A stretch of 52,224 nt of DNA, taken from a virus (lineage: Duplodnaviria; Caudoviricetes). Location: positions 1 through 52,224 of IMG/VR virus record IMGVR_UViG_3300025674_000061. One strand, 5' to 3'. Position 1 is the stretch's first letter, and every line of letters starts with the position of its first letter. Position numbers and translations under genes: made by a program. Shown one piece after another: positions 25,283 to 35,200 of the stretch. The notes beneath the pieces are model-generated. The model had not been told where the DNA came from. It worked only from the letters and a program-made list of their open reading frames with translations, and searched no databases.

Positions 25283-25426
25283 ATGTGTATCGGTTTCATT
25301 GAAAACACTACGGTATTCTTCATACATGGCTACCGCATCTGCGATCCTACCATCGTTGACCAATTCATGCAAGCGATCAACCAAAGAGTCCCTAACCATA
25401 TCTTCATGAGTCATGTAGTGTTCCAT
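25262..25426 (-). CDS. Small hypothetical protein
   Basis: Trimmed to MEHYMTHEDMVRDSLVDRLHEL... Confidence 0.6.
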   Translation of the reverse strand: MEHYMTHEDMVRDSLVDRLHELVNDGRIADAVAMYEEYRSVFNETDTHLSRRRS

Positions 25427-25901
25427 TGAAGTAATCCTTCCTGAAGTAACGACTGAGAACGTTGTTATTATAGTAAGCAGGTTCCCCGTTGTCAAGAGCC
25501 TCAGTGAGGACGTTGTTCATGAAAAGCTGACGGGTCTCTTCGTAGTTTACAAATCCCTTAGTGGTGTGGACTGAGAGAATTTCCCTTCTAAAGTTCTCCC
25601 TGCCAATGGCAGCGATGTCTTCTTTAAGATTGTCAGAACTTCCATAGTAGTTCTTCCAGTCGCTTTCAGACTTAACTCTCCGATTTTTATTTCTAGGCTT
25701 TCGAAACTGCCAGAAGTATTTTCTACCGATGTACTTCTTCCCATTTCTGAGATTCGTAATACAGTAGACAAAGCCGTAGAGCCCGCCAATATCGTCAGAC
25801 TCAAAGCACTTACCATTGTACATCCAAGGGTTAGTATAGGAGCATGTTTCAGGAGTAGTTCCCCCCGCGCTCTCATTCGCTCTCTTAGTGTCGTCATTCA
25901 A
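25404..25901 (-). CDS. GIY-YIG family endonuclease
   Basis: YGFVYCITN..NGKKYIGRK, YYGS, F.REIL, YYN. Confidence 0.88.
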   Translation of the reverse strand: MNDDTKRANESAGGTTPETCSYTNPWMYNGKCFESDDIGGLYGFVYCITNLRNGKKYIGRKYFWQFRKPRNKNRRVKSESDWKNYYGSSDNLKEDIAAIGRENFRREILSVHTTKGFVNYEETRQLFMNNVLTEALDNGEPAYYNNNVLSRYFRKDYFNGTLHDS

Positions 25902-25959
25902 TGTAACTCATTAATACACTAAGATATATATGAGCTTCCCTTTGAACCCTGGCAGAGTT

Positions 25960-25988
25960 AGTTTACCGAGATTTTAGACCCGTGTCAA
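25960..25988 (-). promoter_or_regulatory. Sigma70-type promoter
   Basis: TTGACA-17-TAAACT. Confidence 0.75.
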
Positions 25989-26169
25989 TCCCAGCCTCTT
26001 TTAAAAAGTCTTTCCATTTTTTACCATGGGATTCTTTAACTTCCGAATCCTGAGTATGTCCGTTCTCCTTACGGAGCATCCCCGCACGGTCCAGCATGAA
26101 TCCAGCAGGGATTTTCTTACACTTCTCGTCAGTGTGACACCAATAACTTCCAGCTTTACACTTACCCAT
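25963..26169 (-). CDS. Small Cys-containing hypothetical protein
   Basis: KCKAGSYWCHTDEKCKKIP; coupled to the upstream gene. Confidence 0.7.
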   Translation of the reverse strand: MGKCKAGSYWCHTDEKCKKIPAGFMLDRAGMLRKENGHTQDSEVKESHGKKWKDFLKEAGIDTGLKSR

Positions 26170-27218
26170 CAGTCAAACCTCGAAGTATGTTTTGCCATCG
26201 CTGCATCATACTTCTTCTCTTTAGAAGTCTTACCGTGCTTAAGTTTTCTAAGAGTATCGCGACCAACTCTTCTGTTATGAGTCTCTAAAGGAGTTTCCTT
26301 AGCACCTTTTACCTTTTTCTTTTGACGAGAACCAGGGAAGTTTTTAGCGTGTGATTTTCCCTCAGGACTCTTACTGATATCCAGTTTAGTACCAGTCTTT
26401 TTCTCGTGCTTATCAAGAACTTTCTGGCGATCTTTCTTTGCCTCAAGAGACTTGGAAGCCTGCTTAGCACGAATCTCAACACCTACACGGTGTTCATCTT
26501 TCTTACCTTCCTTAGCAGCGCGAGTTGCTTCCTTAATAGTATTTGCGGAAGACCACAGATTGTTTTCCTTAATATAAGTATCTACTAACTCTTCTTTCTC
26601 CCACTTAGAAATATCATATCCCTGTTCGTGCAAAGACTCGATCCAGGATTCATACTTCTCTAGATGGTATTCCAGAAGATCTTCCTTATAATTCTCATAC
26701 TGTTCTCTATATCTACCCTTCTTCTCTGGTAACTTGTCATGTTTTGTACCAGCAAAATCTTTTGCATCCTTCTTAGTCATCGATGCAGCAGCAGCTGCAA
26801 CTTCGGGTGATGGTGCAGCCTTACCTTTCTTTGTAGCGTAGACCATACCCATGAATCTCTGCTGAGCTTTACTTACCGCAGCTTCCTTAACCTCAGAAGG
26901 ACACTTCTTTTTTCCATGGAGGGGACACTCTTCACCCTCAATGTTATGAGCACAAGTCTTTTCTTCTTTCGAAAACTCTTTATAGAATGCATCTGCTTCT
27001 CCATGTCTACCTTCTTTGGTAGACTTCTTACTCATGTCAAGCAGTTGTTTTTTAGAGTACTTATGTCCTTTCAGTACAGACGACATTTCAGAGGATGACA
27101 TTCCTTTCTCTATAACAAAATCTTGAACCTCAACAAAAGATTCACCATCAGCGTTTTCCACTGTGGAATATAATGTCTTGTATGCCTCGGATAAACCTTT
27201 TCCTATATCGTGGTTCAT
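26169..27218 (-). CDS. Lys/Glu-rich modular protein with a DUF3008-like segment (possible internal head protein)
   Basis: AVSKAQQRFMG...KDFAGTKHDKLPEKK; late promoter upstream. Confidence 0.65.
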   Translation of the reverse strand: MNHDIGKGLSEAYKTLYSTVENADGESFVEVQDFVIEKGMSSSEMSSVLKGHKYSKKQLLDMSKKSTKEGRHGEADAFYKEFSKEEKTCAHNIEGEECPLHGKKKCPSEVKEAAVSKAQQRFMGMVYATKKGKAAPSPEVAAAAASMTKKDAKDFAGTKHDKLPEKKGRYREQYENYKEDLLEYHLEKYESWIESLHEQGYDISKWEKEELVDTYIKENNLWSSANTIKEATRAAKEGKKDEHRVGVEIRAKQASKSLEAKKDRQKVLDKHEKKTGTKLDISKSPEGKSHAKNFPGSRQKKKVKGAKETPLETHNRRVGRDTLRKLKHGKTSKEKKYDAAMAKHTSRFD

Positions 27219-27242
27219 GTTAAAATCATACTCCTACATACG

Positions 27243-27263
27243 TATTTATTAGATCAATAAATA
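27243..27263. promoter_or_regulatory. Back-to-back T4 late promoters
   Basis: TATTTATT-AGATC-AATAAATA between divergent genes. Confidence 0.8.
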
Positions 27264-27293
27264 GAAGAAAGGGACCTTATCATAAGAACTTAA

Positions 27294-30182
27294 ATGGCTA
27301 GACAGGGAATTTTCACTGGATTTACGCCGAATGATGGTCTGGGAGATTCCCTCGCATCAGGTGCTGTAAAAGTAAACGCCAACTTCCAAGAGATTTATGA
27401 TGCTTTTGGTGATGGAAATAACCTGTCTCCAGGAGCAGGTGCTGGCGGTACATGGTCAAAGGCAAATACATACGGAATTAGTACAAGTAAGTACGTAGGC
27501 ATTGGAACTGACTTGCCTACATCTCAACTACATGTTGTTGGCAACTCACTCCTACAAGGTATCACCACTGGTACATTTGTTGGTGATGGATCTGGACTAA
27601 CAGGCGTTACTGCAACTGGAGATGGCGTTATCTTAAAAGATAACGGAGTACAAAGAGGTGTAGCTCAAACTCTAAACTTCGGTGACAGATTAAACGTCAG
27701 TAACGTCTTCCAGGGTGACGTAGATATTACTGTTGCAGATTACGTTTCATATGCAACTAATGCAGGATTCGCAACCTATGCACCAGTCGCTGGTATTGCA
27801 ACACTCGCAGACAATGCGACAACCGCAGGTGTAGCAACATATGCACCTCTGGCAGGTATCGCAACGTTTGCAACAACCGCAGGAATCGTAACCTATGCAG
27901 GTGCGTCTGGTGTCGCAACTAATGCAGGTGTTGCTGAGTACGCAAAACTGGCAGGTGTATCTACTTATGCAGTAACAGCTGGAGTTTCTACACTAGCTGG
28001 TTATGCAACTTCTACTGGAATTTCTACAGTAGCAAGAAACTTGACTGGTAATCCATCTATTACCATCGAGAACATCAATTCCATCACTGGTATTGTTACG
28101 GTTCCTGGTCAAGGCAGTAAGATGCGCTTTGACTTCGACTCCGTTGCCGACCTACCCCCTGCAGTGCAGTGGAGAGGTATGTTCGCTTATGCAAATAACA
28201 CCAAGTCACCATACGTATCTTTTGGAACAACCAACGGTGGATACCAGGGGTGGAGAAGACTCCTAGCCGAAGACATCTACGGTAACTATGAGACTACAGG
28301 TGTTATTACTGCAACTAGATTTGCTGGTGATGCATCTGGATTGTATAACCTACCATCAACCGATGCGATCTGGAGATCCAATCCAACTGGTATCGTTACG
28401 GCATCGAACGTAGGTATCGGAACAACAAATGCAGAAGAGAAGTTAGTTGTACTAGGAAACTTCCTACTCAAAGGAAGAATCGTTGGTGCTGCAACCACTA
28501 ACATTCTACCTTTCCTCTATGCAACGTATGCAGATCTACCAAGTGCATCCGATTATCACGGTGCATTCGCTCATGTCCATGAGACAGGTAAGGCATATTA
28601 TGCACACAGTAATGCATGGGTAGAACTAGTCAACGTAAGTGCAGGTGGTACTGTAGGTACAGGAACCGAAACTTACAACGTTGGACACTTCCAGGCAGAC
28701 CAAGCAAATATCCTAGGTGTTGTAACTGCAACCAATTTTGTTGGTGACGGTTCTGGTTTAACTGGAATCACCGCTTCTGGAACTGGTATTGAAATCAAGG
28801 ATGAGGGTAGTGTAGTTGGTACTGCAGGAACCATCAACTTCGTTGGCAGTGCAGTCACAACCACATTCGGTTCAGGAATCGCAACCGTAACCATCAGTGG
28901 ATCTGGAGGTGGTGCTGGTGTACTGAACGATCTGACTGATGTTGTTACCAGTGGAGTCCAACTCAATAACTATCTGAGATATAATGGATCTGTATGGACT
29001 CCAGTTGCAGGTATCAGCACACAGAATGCTGATAATGTAACACTAAACTTCGGTACGTCAGACGATCTCAGACTATATCATGACGGAACTAATAGTTGGA
29101 TCACAGATTCTGGATCTGGTTCTCTATTCCTAGATGGAAGTGATGTTTTCCTTCAGAATGGAGGATCCACAAAACTCCAAGTAACCAATGGCGGACTGAA
29201 CGTAACTGGTATTGTTACTGCTACTGGATTCTCTGGTGACTTCTACGTCACTGAGTCTGTAGATGACGATCAGAACTATAACCTAATGATGTTGAACACC
29301 ACTGCGGGTGGTGATGCATACAGGGGAACCATGGTTGATGCTGGAGGCATCACCTTCAATCCAAATGACAATACACTTAGGTTGAGTGGTTCTATTACTA
29401 TCCAGGGTGTATCTGGTCAGATCGATTGTACAAATGTTAATGCAACAGGAATCATCACTGCAAATACTTTCTATGGAGATGGTTCCAATTTAACAGGCGT
29501 TAGTGGTGGTGGCATCGGTACAGACGGAAGTGTAAATACCACTGGTATTATTACCGCTTCTTCTTTTGTTGGCGATGGTTCTGGTCTGACTGGTGTTGTT
29601 GGTTCTGGATCTGGTGTCATCATTCAAGATTCTGGATCTCCAGTTGGTACTGCAGGAACAATTAACTTTGGTACAAACCTCACGGTATCTGCAGTTTCTG
29701 CTGGTGTAGTTACTGTAACTGCAAGTGGAGGGAGTGTTGGTAGTGGTGGAACATGGGGAGTTTCAGTCACAGGTATTCATACCAATAAGAGTGTTGGTAT
29801 TGGAACAGATATTATAGCCGGCACACAATCCCTACAAATTAGAAACACAGTATTTGAAAGTCACGGAGTTGCGTCTTCTTCCTTTACCGCTTCTGCTGGA
29901 ACACCACAAGAAATTGATGTGTTTGTCGATGACTTTATGACTGCAGAATATACCATACATATTATTAATGGCAATAATTACCAGGCACAAAAAGCACTGG
30001 TAATGCACACGGGAGCAGGAACAACTGCATACGTATCTGAATATGGTGTCATGTTTGAACCCAATAGAATTGCTGATGTATCAGTAGCACTAGCTGCTGG
30101 TCAGATTCAAGTAAGTCTAGTTCCTCTATCTGGAATATCTGGCGTAACAACATATAGATTCACTTCACAAAAAATGCTTTGA
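27294..30182 (+). CDS. Tail fibre/baseplate-associated virion protein
   Basis: T4 gp9/gp10-like N-terminus (NDGLGDSL..GAVKVNANFQEIY); repeated F.GDGSGLTG and VGIGT motifs. Confidence 0.85.
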   Translation: MARQGIFTGFTPNDGLGDSLASGAVKVNANFQEIYDAFGDGNNLSPGAGAGGTWSKANTYGISTSKYVGIGTDLPTSQLHVVGNSLLQGITTGTFVGDGSGLTGVTATGDGVILKDNGVQRGVAQTLNFGDRLNVSNVFQGDVDITVADYVSYATNAGFATYAPVAGIATLADNATTAGVATYAPLAGIATFATTAGIVTYAGASGVATNAGVAEYAKLAGVSTYAVTAGVSTLAGYATSTGISTVARNLTGNPSITIENINSITGIVTVPGQGSKMRFDFDSVADLPPAVQWRGMFAYANNTKSPYVSFGTTNGGYQGWRRLLAEDIYGNYETTGVITATRFAGDASGLYNLPSTDAIWRSNPTGIVTASNVGIGTTNAEEKLVVLGNFLLKGRIVGAATTNILPFLYATYADLPSASDYHGAFAHVHETGKAYYAHSNAWVELVNVSAGGTVGTGTETYNVGHFQADQANILGVVTATNFVGDGSGLTGITASGTGIEIKDEGSVVGTAGTINFVGSAVTTTFGSGIATVTISGSGGGAGVLNDLTDVVTSGVQLNNYLRYNGSVWTPVAGISTQNADNVTLNFGTSDDLRLYHDGTNSWITDSGSGSLFLDGSDVFLQNGGSTKLQVTNGGLNVTGIVTATGFSGDFYVTESVDDDQNYNLMMLNTTAGGDAYRGTMVDAGGITFNPNDNTLRLSGSITIQGVSGQIDCTNVNATGIITANTFYGDGSNLTGVSGGGIGTDGSVNTTGIITASSFVGDGSGLTGVVGSGSGVIIQDSGSPVGTAGTINFGTNLTVSAVSAGVVTVTASGGSVGSGGTWGVSVTGIHTNKSVGIGTDIIAGTQSLQIRNTVFESHGVASSSFTASAGTPQEIDVFVDDFMTAEYTIHIINGNNYQAQKALVMHTGAGTTAYVSEYGVMFEPNRIADVSVALAAGQIQVSLVPLSGISGVTTYRFTSQKML
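27748..28035 (+). repeat. Degenerate 9-aa (27-nt) repeat Y/F-A-x-x-A-G-[IV]-[AS]-T
   Basis: YATNAGFAT YAPVAGIAT ... YAPLAGIAT FATTAGIVT ... YAKLAGVST YAVTAGVST. Confidence 0.8.
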
Positions 30183-30195
30183 TGGGGAATAACTA

Positions 30196-33100
30196 ATGTT
30201 TTCTACAGAAACAAATTACGAAGAATGGATTCAAGAGAGAAGAATTTCTTTTGAATCTTACAAGGATGAACTACCCAAAGTTCCAACAGAACCAGAGGCA
30301 AAGAAAGAGTATGTAGTTCTGTGTACTTCTAAGGAAGATTGGGAACACGTCCATGAAATTTTGATGCAGGACGGCACTCTAGAAGATAATATTCCAACCA
30401 GACACGTAGATTGCACTAGTGAATGTAACCACAGTGATGTGAGAGGAATATATCTTTTAGACGATGATGAAGTTGCTCAACTGAAAAACCACCCAAAAGT
30501 ATTGGGAGTAAATATCAATCACGGTTCTTATCCAGGATCTTTCATGGATAACCCAGATGATCTAACCTGTGAATTCAGTACACCATTAACAAAGACTAAC
30601 AGATATCCAAGTAATGTTTGGTGTCAAGGTAGCATTAATAGAAATTTTTATCTGAACTTTACACCAGGAGCAGATCTCAAAAATAGAGGATCGAGTCAAA
30701 TAATTAGACACATGCAAAGGGAAAGTCCCTTTGTAAGTCTATGGTGGTCAAACCCAGACAACCTAAGTGGAATTGCCGCAACACCAGGAGCATATGTCCA
30801 ACTAGGCAATAGACTGCCACAATATGGAACTGGTAAGGATGTTGATGTAATTGTATGTGACCAGGACATGTGGTTTGGCCACATTGAATTCCAAAATACT
30901 TTAGGTATCAGTACACTTACTTCTGCTGATGTTCCATCAAATTATGTTGGTGGCAATGCATTATCCAATCGTGGCATATCACCGAATTCTGGTACTTGCG
31001 ATCTATTAGATCTAACTTTAGATGCACCAATGTATCTCGATCCAGACTTCTTTAATGCTCGACTTGATGTATACTGGAATGGTCCAGTTGGTAATGTTGT
31101 TGGTGATGGTAGTGATTTCTTCAAGCGTGAAGTTACAACTAACGGTGTAAGGATTATGGGTGCAGGCACTGTTGGTGGACAAACAGCAGTACCAGATGCT
31201 TGGTTAGAAAAAGTTGGTCGTATGTTTGAACTGTTTACAAATCCATCAGGTCCAGCTGGTGTTGCAACAGTAGGCATTAATACAACATTCCAAAAAGGGT
31301 TGATTAACACACTGAGTGGTGAAACAGGAACTTATCACGCAGGCTTACCGACTATACAAAGAGTAGCAAGAGGTGCAGGAGCAGATTACACTCCAAACTT
31401 CTTAACTGACGAAGGCGTTGTATTTTGGAACCTAACTAACCTGTTTGACACTCACGTGCAAAATGACATGGTGTGGTACTTGAACTCAACTGGTAGTGGA
31501 TACGGCGACGGCGACCTAGACGCACAAGAAGTTATTGAACACGTATTCCACACACTTCATATGCACGGGTTACCTGCAGATGATATAAAACTATATCCAT
31601 ATATAAGTTCCGATTGGAACACTGGTGATTTGTATGCCGCAATGGAAGAAGCATATGATGCAGGCAAATGGGATCCATCAGGTTATCAAAGTCCATCAAA
31701 TGCTTGGAAAACAGATGCAGATGCATTTGAAGTAGCCGCAAAAGAATACTTATACTTACTAAACTTCTGCATGTTTGAATACACAGAACTTTGGGAAGGT
31801 GGAAGTCTTGCTCCAGAATGGACAGACGACATGCGTACCCAACTGGGTATTCAAGCAAATAATCCATTGGGGTATGCATTCTTTAACACATGGATGGCTC
31901 CAATTATCACTAAGCCTTCACTTACTACTATTAGGAGCATATTCCAAGACGGCAACACACCAGACCAAGACGATCCAACTCTAGCAGGAGCATCAGGATA
32001 TGTTGTGGATAATAATGGTAGAACGGAGACACGATGGGATGGAACTACCGTTCCTACAGATGTAGCAGCAAGAAACTGGTGGAGAAACAACAGTACAACT
32101 TATAGATCTCCCAAATATGTATCCGTAGGTATAGGATCAGGTACGGCAGTTCCAGGATCAGCACAAGACTTTGGTGCAATTCTAGTTAATAATGGGTACA
32201 GTAGACAAGTGTGCAATGGAAATCACACTACATATCAAACAGGAACTGGTTACCATGCAACTCCATGTGCTTCTCAAGCATATGGCAGACAATATGGTTG
32301 GGCATATAATTCAAACAAATGGTTCTTGAATCACTATGGAACTAACAACAGTGGATGGGAAGTTGGATTTGACCAACAGAAAGTGTTCCACCAATGCAAA
32401 CCAATAAATCCAGCATATGGCACACAAGATCCAACAATTTCCTCTAACAGTTGGGGACATAGACTTACTCCAGACTCTACTGGATGGATTTCTCATAGAA
32501 ATAATGTAACTGGTGATGGTACGGGTCAGGCAAAACTAGATGGATCCGATATGGTTCAATATAATAGTAAACCAAACTGTTTAGTTGCATATAATAATAC
32601 CGATATGGGAATTGCATATGCTACAGACAATAGTGTAATTCAAGCAGGAAAAGAACTAGTTGATTCTGGTGTTATCTATTGTTATGCTGCAGGAAACCAC
32701 GACCAAAAACAAGTTAGAGGAGATCATCCAGATTTCAACAACTACTACAGTGATCAAAATGAAGATATAGAATCTGCTAGAAGAAATGCCTTGTACAGCA
32801 GTATGTTTGGAACTCAATATTATACTTTCTACAATAGACCTGGGTTCCCAGGACATATTGGAGAGAGAACTGATGATAATGGAGTATCTTACTATAAGAC
32901 AATTGCTGTAGGTGCTCTTGATGAAACTGGTGTGACCTCTGGTGTAGGAACTTACTATAGAGAAGCCAAAACATTCTATACTAATACTGGCAATGCAGTT
33001 GATTGTTGGACCTTATGTGATAATAGTCTTTCTGCATGTGATGATAATACTGGTACTAGATACAATCGATATGATGCTTTCTACACTCTTGGTGGTATAC

Positions 33101-33474
33101 AGTCTGTCGAATCTGAAGATAGATTATTCAATGGAACCAGTTCCGCAACTCCTATTGCCGTTGGTCTCATTGCAACCAAGTTAGAATATAATAGACATTG
33201 GACTTGGGCAGATGTTAAGGGTTGGTTCAACACTCTGGGTTCTTTTGAGAGTATTAGAGACGCCGCTGGGACACTCGCAGTTTATACTGGAACTGAAGGT
33301 GGTAGTAATATAAATGACACTAATTACTTAGATTCTTATAACCTACAGGGATCTGATGCTCCTTTATTATGGGACGCTCCAACAGGAAATGAACCCAATA
33401 TATCTAAACTAATAGAAGGTGGATCTGATCCGATTTCCTTTACTGGCAATATAACAATTAAGATCGTAGAATAA
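30196..33474 (+). CDS. Subtilisin-like (S8) peptidase, probably virion-associated, with a large internal inserted domain
   Basis: Prodomain-like N-terminus; D in DVIVCD, H in HATPCAS, oxyanion N in AAGN, S in GTSSATP. Confidence 0.8.
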   Translation: MFSTETNYEEWIQERRISFESYKDELPKVPTEPEAKKEYVVLCTSKEDWEHVHEILMQDGTLEDNIPTRHVDCTSECNHSDVRGIYLLDDDEVAQLKNHPKVLGVNINHGSYPGSFMDNPDDLTCEFSTPLTKTNRYPSNVWCQGSINRNFYLNFTPGADLKNRGSSQIIRHMQRESPFVSLWWSNPDNLSGIAATPGAYVQLGNRLPQYGTGKDVDVIVCDQDMWFGHIEFQNTLGISTLTSADVPSNYVGGNALSNRGISPNSGTCDLLDLTLDAPMYLDPDFFNARLDVYWNGPVGNVVGDGSDFFKREVTTNGVRIMGAGTVGGQTAVPDAWLEKVGRMFELFTNPSGPAGVATVGINTTFQKGLINTLSGETGTYHAGLPTIQRVARGAGADYTPNFLTDEGVVFWNLTNLFDTHVQNDMVWYLNSTGSGYGDGDLDAQEVIEHVFHTLHMHGLPADDIKLYPYISSDWNTGDLYAAMEEAYDAGKWDPSGYQSPSNAWKTDADAFEVAAKEYLYLLNFCMFEYTELWEGGSLAPEWTDDMRTQLGIQANNPLGYAFFNTWMAPIITKPSLTTIRSIFQDGNTPDQDDPTLAGASGYVVDNNGRTETRWDGTTVPTDVAARNWWRNNSTTYRSPKYVSVGIGSGTAVPGSAQDFGAILVNNGYSRQVCNGNHTTYQTGTGYHATPCASQAYGRQYGWAYNSNKWFLNHYGTNNSGWEVGFDQQKVFHQCKPINPAYGTQDPTISSNSWGHRLTPDSTGWISHRNNVTGDGTGQAKLDGSDMVQYNSKPNCLVAYNNTDMGIAYATDNSVIQAGKELVDSGVIYCYAAGNHDQKQVRGDHPDFNNYYSDQNEDIESARRNALYSSMFGTQYYTFYNRPGFPGHIGERTDDNGVSYYKTIAVGALDETGVTSGVGTYYREAKTFYTNTGNAVDCWTLCDNSLSACDDNTGTRYNRYDAFYTLGGIQSVESEDRLFNGTSSATPIAVGLIATKLEYNRHWTWADVKGWFNTLGSFESIRDAAGTLAVYTGTEGGSNINDTNYLDSYNLQGSDAPLLWDAPTGNEPNISKLIEGGSDPISFTGNITIKIVE

Positions 33475-33477
33475 ATA
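33470..33477 (+). promoter_or_regulatory. T4 late promoter
   Basis: AATAAATA upstream of 33495. Confidence 0.7.
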
Positions 33478-33494
33478 GTTAAAAAATAGGAACC

Positions 33495-34100
33495 ATGGCA
33501 GATAAACCATTTGGTGTAAGACAACTGAATATAGTTGGTGCAGCAGGTACACCTACGATTGAAAGTGCAGCAGCACTAAGAATTGGTGGACAACAGGTTG
33601 CAATCACCACTAATACTTCTGTTGCTGGTGTCGTAACTGCAGCATCATTTTATGGTGACGGATCAAATCTGTCTGGAGTTGCGGTTCCAGCAAACCTAAC
33701 TGCAACTACTTTAGATGTATCTGGTATTTGTACGGCTGGTAGTTTTGTTACGGACCTGATCTCAGGTGATGGAACCAGTAGAGGATTTGCAACTAGATAT
33801 TACATCACTGCAGATGGTTCTACCAGTTATCGTTTTGCTGGTCCTGGTATGCCAAACACTGTGGCAAATCCAACTCTCTATCTAATGAGAGGATTTACAT
33901 ATATCTTTGAAAACTCCACTGGTAGTTCTCACCCATTCCGTATCCAATTCACAGGAACAACAACTGGCGTTGGAACATACGTTAGTGGATCCAATCAAGG
34001 GATTCAGGTATTCACAATCCCCCATGATGCACCAGCAAATTATCAATATCAATGTACCATTCATGGTGGTATGATAGGTTCATTCGTAATCCCTAATTAA
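33495..34100 (+). CDS. Virion fibre-like protein with a C-terminal cupredoxin-like domain
   Basis: FYGDGSNLSG; NPTLYLMRG, HPFRI, YQCTIHGGM. Confidence 0.75.
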   Translation: MADKPFGVRQLNIVGAAGTPTIESAAALRIGGQQVAITTNTSVAGVVTAASFYGDGSNLSGVAVPANLTATTLDVSGICTAGSFVTDLISGDGTSRGFATRYYITADGSTSYRFAGPGMPNTVANPTLYLMRGFTYIFENSTGSSHPFRIQFTGTTTGVGTYVSGSNQGIQVFTIPHDAPANYQYQCTIHGGMIGSFVIPN

Positions 34101-34101
34101 T

Positions 34102-34698
34102 ATGTCACCACTAGCATTTGGGATCGGAAAGTCCAGAGGAACTTTATTCGATCCAGCAGTATTTTACTGTAACTATCTTGTATTCAATCACAACTGGACT
34201 GACGGTAAAGACTTAGATCTTATTGCCAGTTTTTTATATCCAAATATCGATGGAGCATGTGGTTCCAGACAAGGAAACGAAATCACAAACGCTGAAGGAA
34301 CCGTCGTTTATATGAAGTGGGGTGGAGACAACACCGAAGATACTGTTGGATATGAATCTATTTACATTGATGTTCCCGCTATCAAACAAATTCCTGGGTT
34401 CGCTGGTGATGAAATTGAACTAGATTTAAGAGCTATTTGGTATTCTGAGGTGGGACAAGACCCAGTGATTGTTACCGCTGATGGATATCAAGACGGAAAT
34501 ATGTTACTGGAATCGGAAACTCCTAATGTTCCTGGTTATGGATTTCTAAATCCAACGTCAACAAGATCTTATATTGGATATAAAGAAACTAACGGAAAAC
34601 AACTTCAGTCTACCAATAGAGAAGACTCTGGACAAAGATTAACAAGAGCTAAAATTAATCTAAACAGTTACTCATTGACTTTTGTTGAGGATGATTAA
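34102..34698 (+). CDS. Hypothetical (probably structural) protein
   Basis: ORF track; lies in the late operon. Confidence 0.7.
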   Translation: MSPLAFGIGKSRGTLFDPAVFYCNYLVFNHNWTDGKDLDLIASFLYPNIDGACGSRQGNEITNAEGTVVYMKWGGDNTEDTVGYESIYIDVPAIKQIPGFAGDEIELDLRAIWYSEVGQDPVIVTADGYQDGNMLLESETPNVPGYGFLNPTSTRSYIGYKETNGKQLQSTNREDSGQRLTRAKINLNSYSLTFVEDD

Positions 34699-34721
34699 TA
34701 CTAAATAATTTTGACGTAGAT

Positions 34722-35189
34722 ATGGCTCAAATGAAAAGTGCAATCGCCACTTTTGCTATGATTCTGATGACCGCAAGTGCAGCTAATGCAGGCGGACTTG
34801 TTACTAAACATGCTTCTAGCGTTCAACTAACTGTTGATGCTGCACGGTCTACTGCGGTAAGAATCGGTGGTAGTTATTCTGCTTCTGGTTCTAACATCAC
34901 GGCAGGCACGATGGGTGGTGTTTCCACTGGTGCTGGCACATACACTGTCACCACATCTGGACAAGATTGGTCGTTGACTGAATCGTATAACGCAGCAGAT
35001 AGTGTTCCTGCCTCTGCTGTTAGCACAGGTGATGTTCCTAACTTCGGTAACCTTACCTCTTATGCTGCTGGTTCTGCTGGCACACTCGCAGGTACGATTG
35101 ACAGAACTCATGCTATCACGCTGACTGCTGGTGGTGCTGGTTCATCTGCAACAGGACAGTTCGTTACTGAGATCACTGTTATCGACTGA
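34722..35189 (+). CDS. Conserved cyanophage protein with a signal peptide
   Basis: Signal ending ANA-G; Gly/Thr/Ser rich; CTAAATA at 34701. Confidence 0.75.
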   Translation: MAQMKSAIATFAMILMTASAANAGGLVTKHASSVQLTVDAARSTAVRIGGSYSASGSNITAGTMGGVSTGAGTYTVTTSGQDWSLTESYNAADSVPASAVSTGDVPNFGNLTSYAAGSAGTLAGTIDRTHAITLTAGGAGSSATGQFVTEITVID

Positions 35190-35200
35190 GACTATATACT

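Noticed and set aside
25404-25901. GIY-YIG ORF as a mobile homing element
   Set aside because: Catalytic domain only, with no DNA-binding tail or intron context; it looks like a resident nuclease.
31060-32010. Intein explanation for the subtilase insert
   Set aside because: No Hint-domain terminal residues and no LAGLIDADG motifs.
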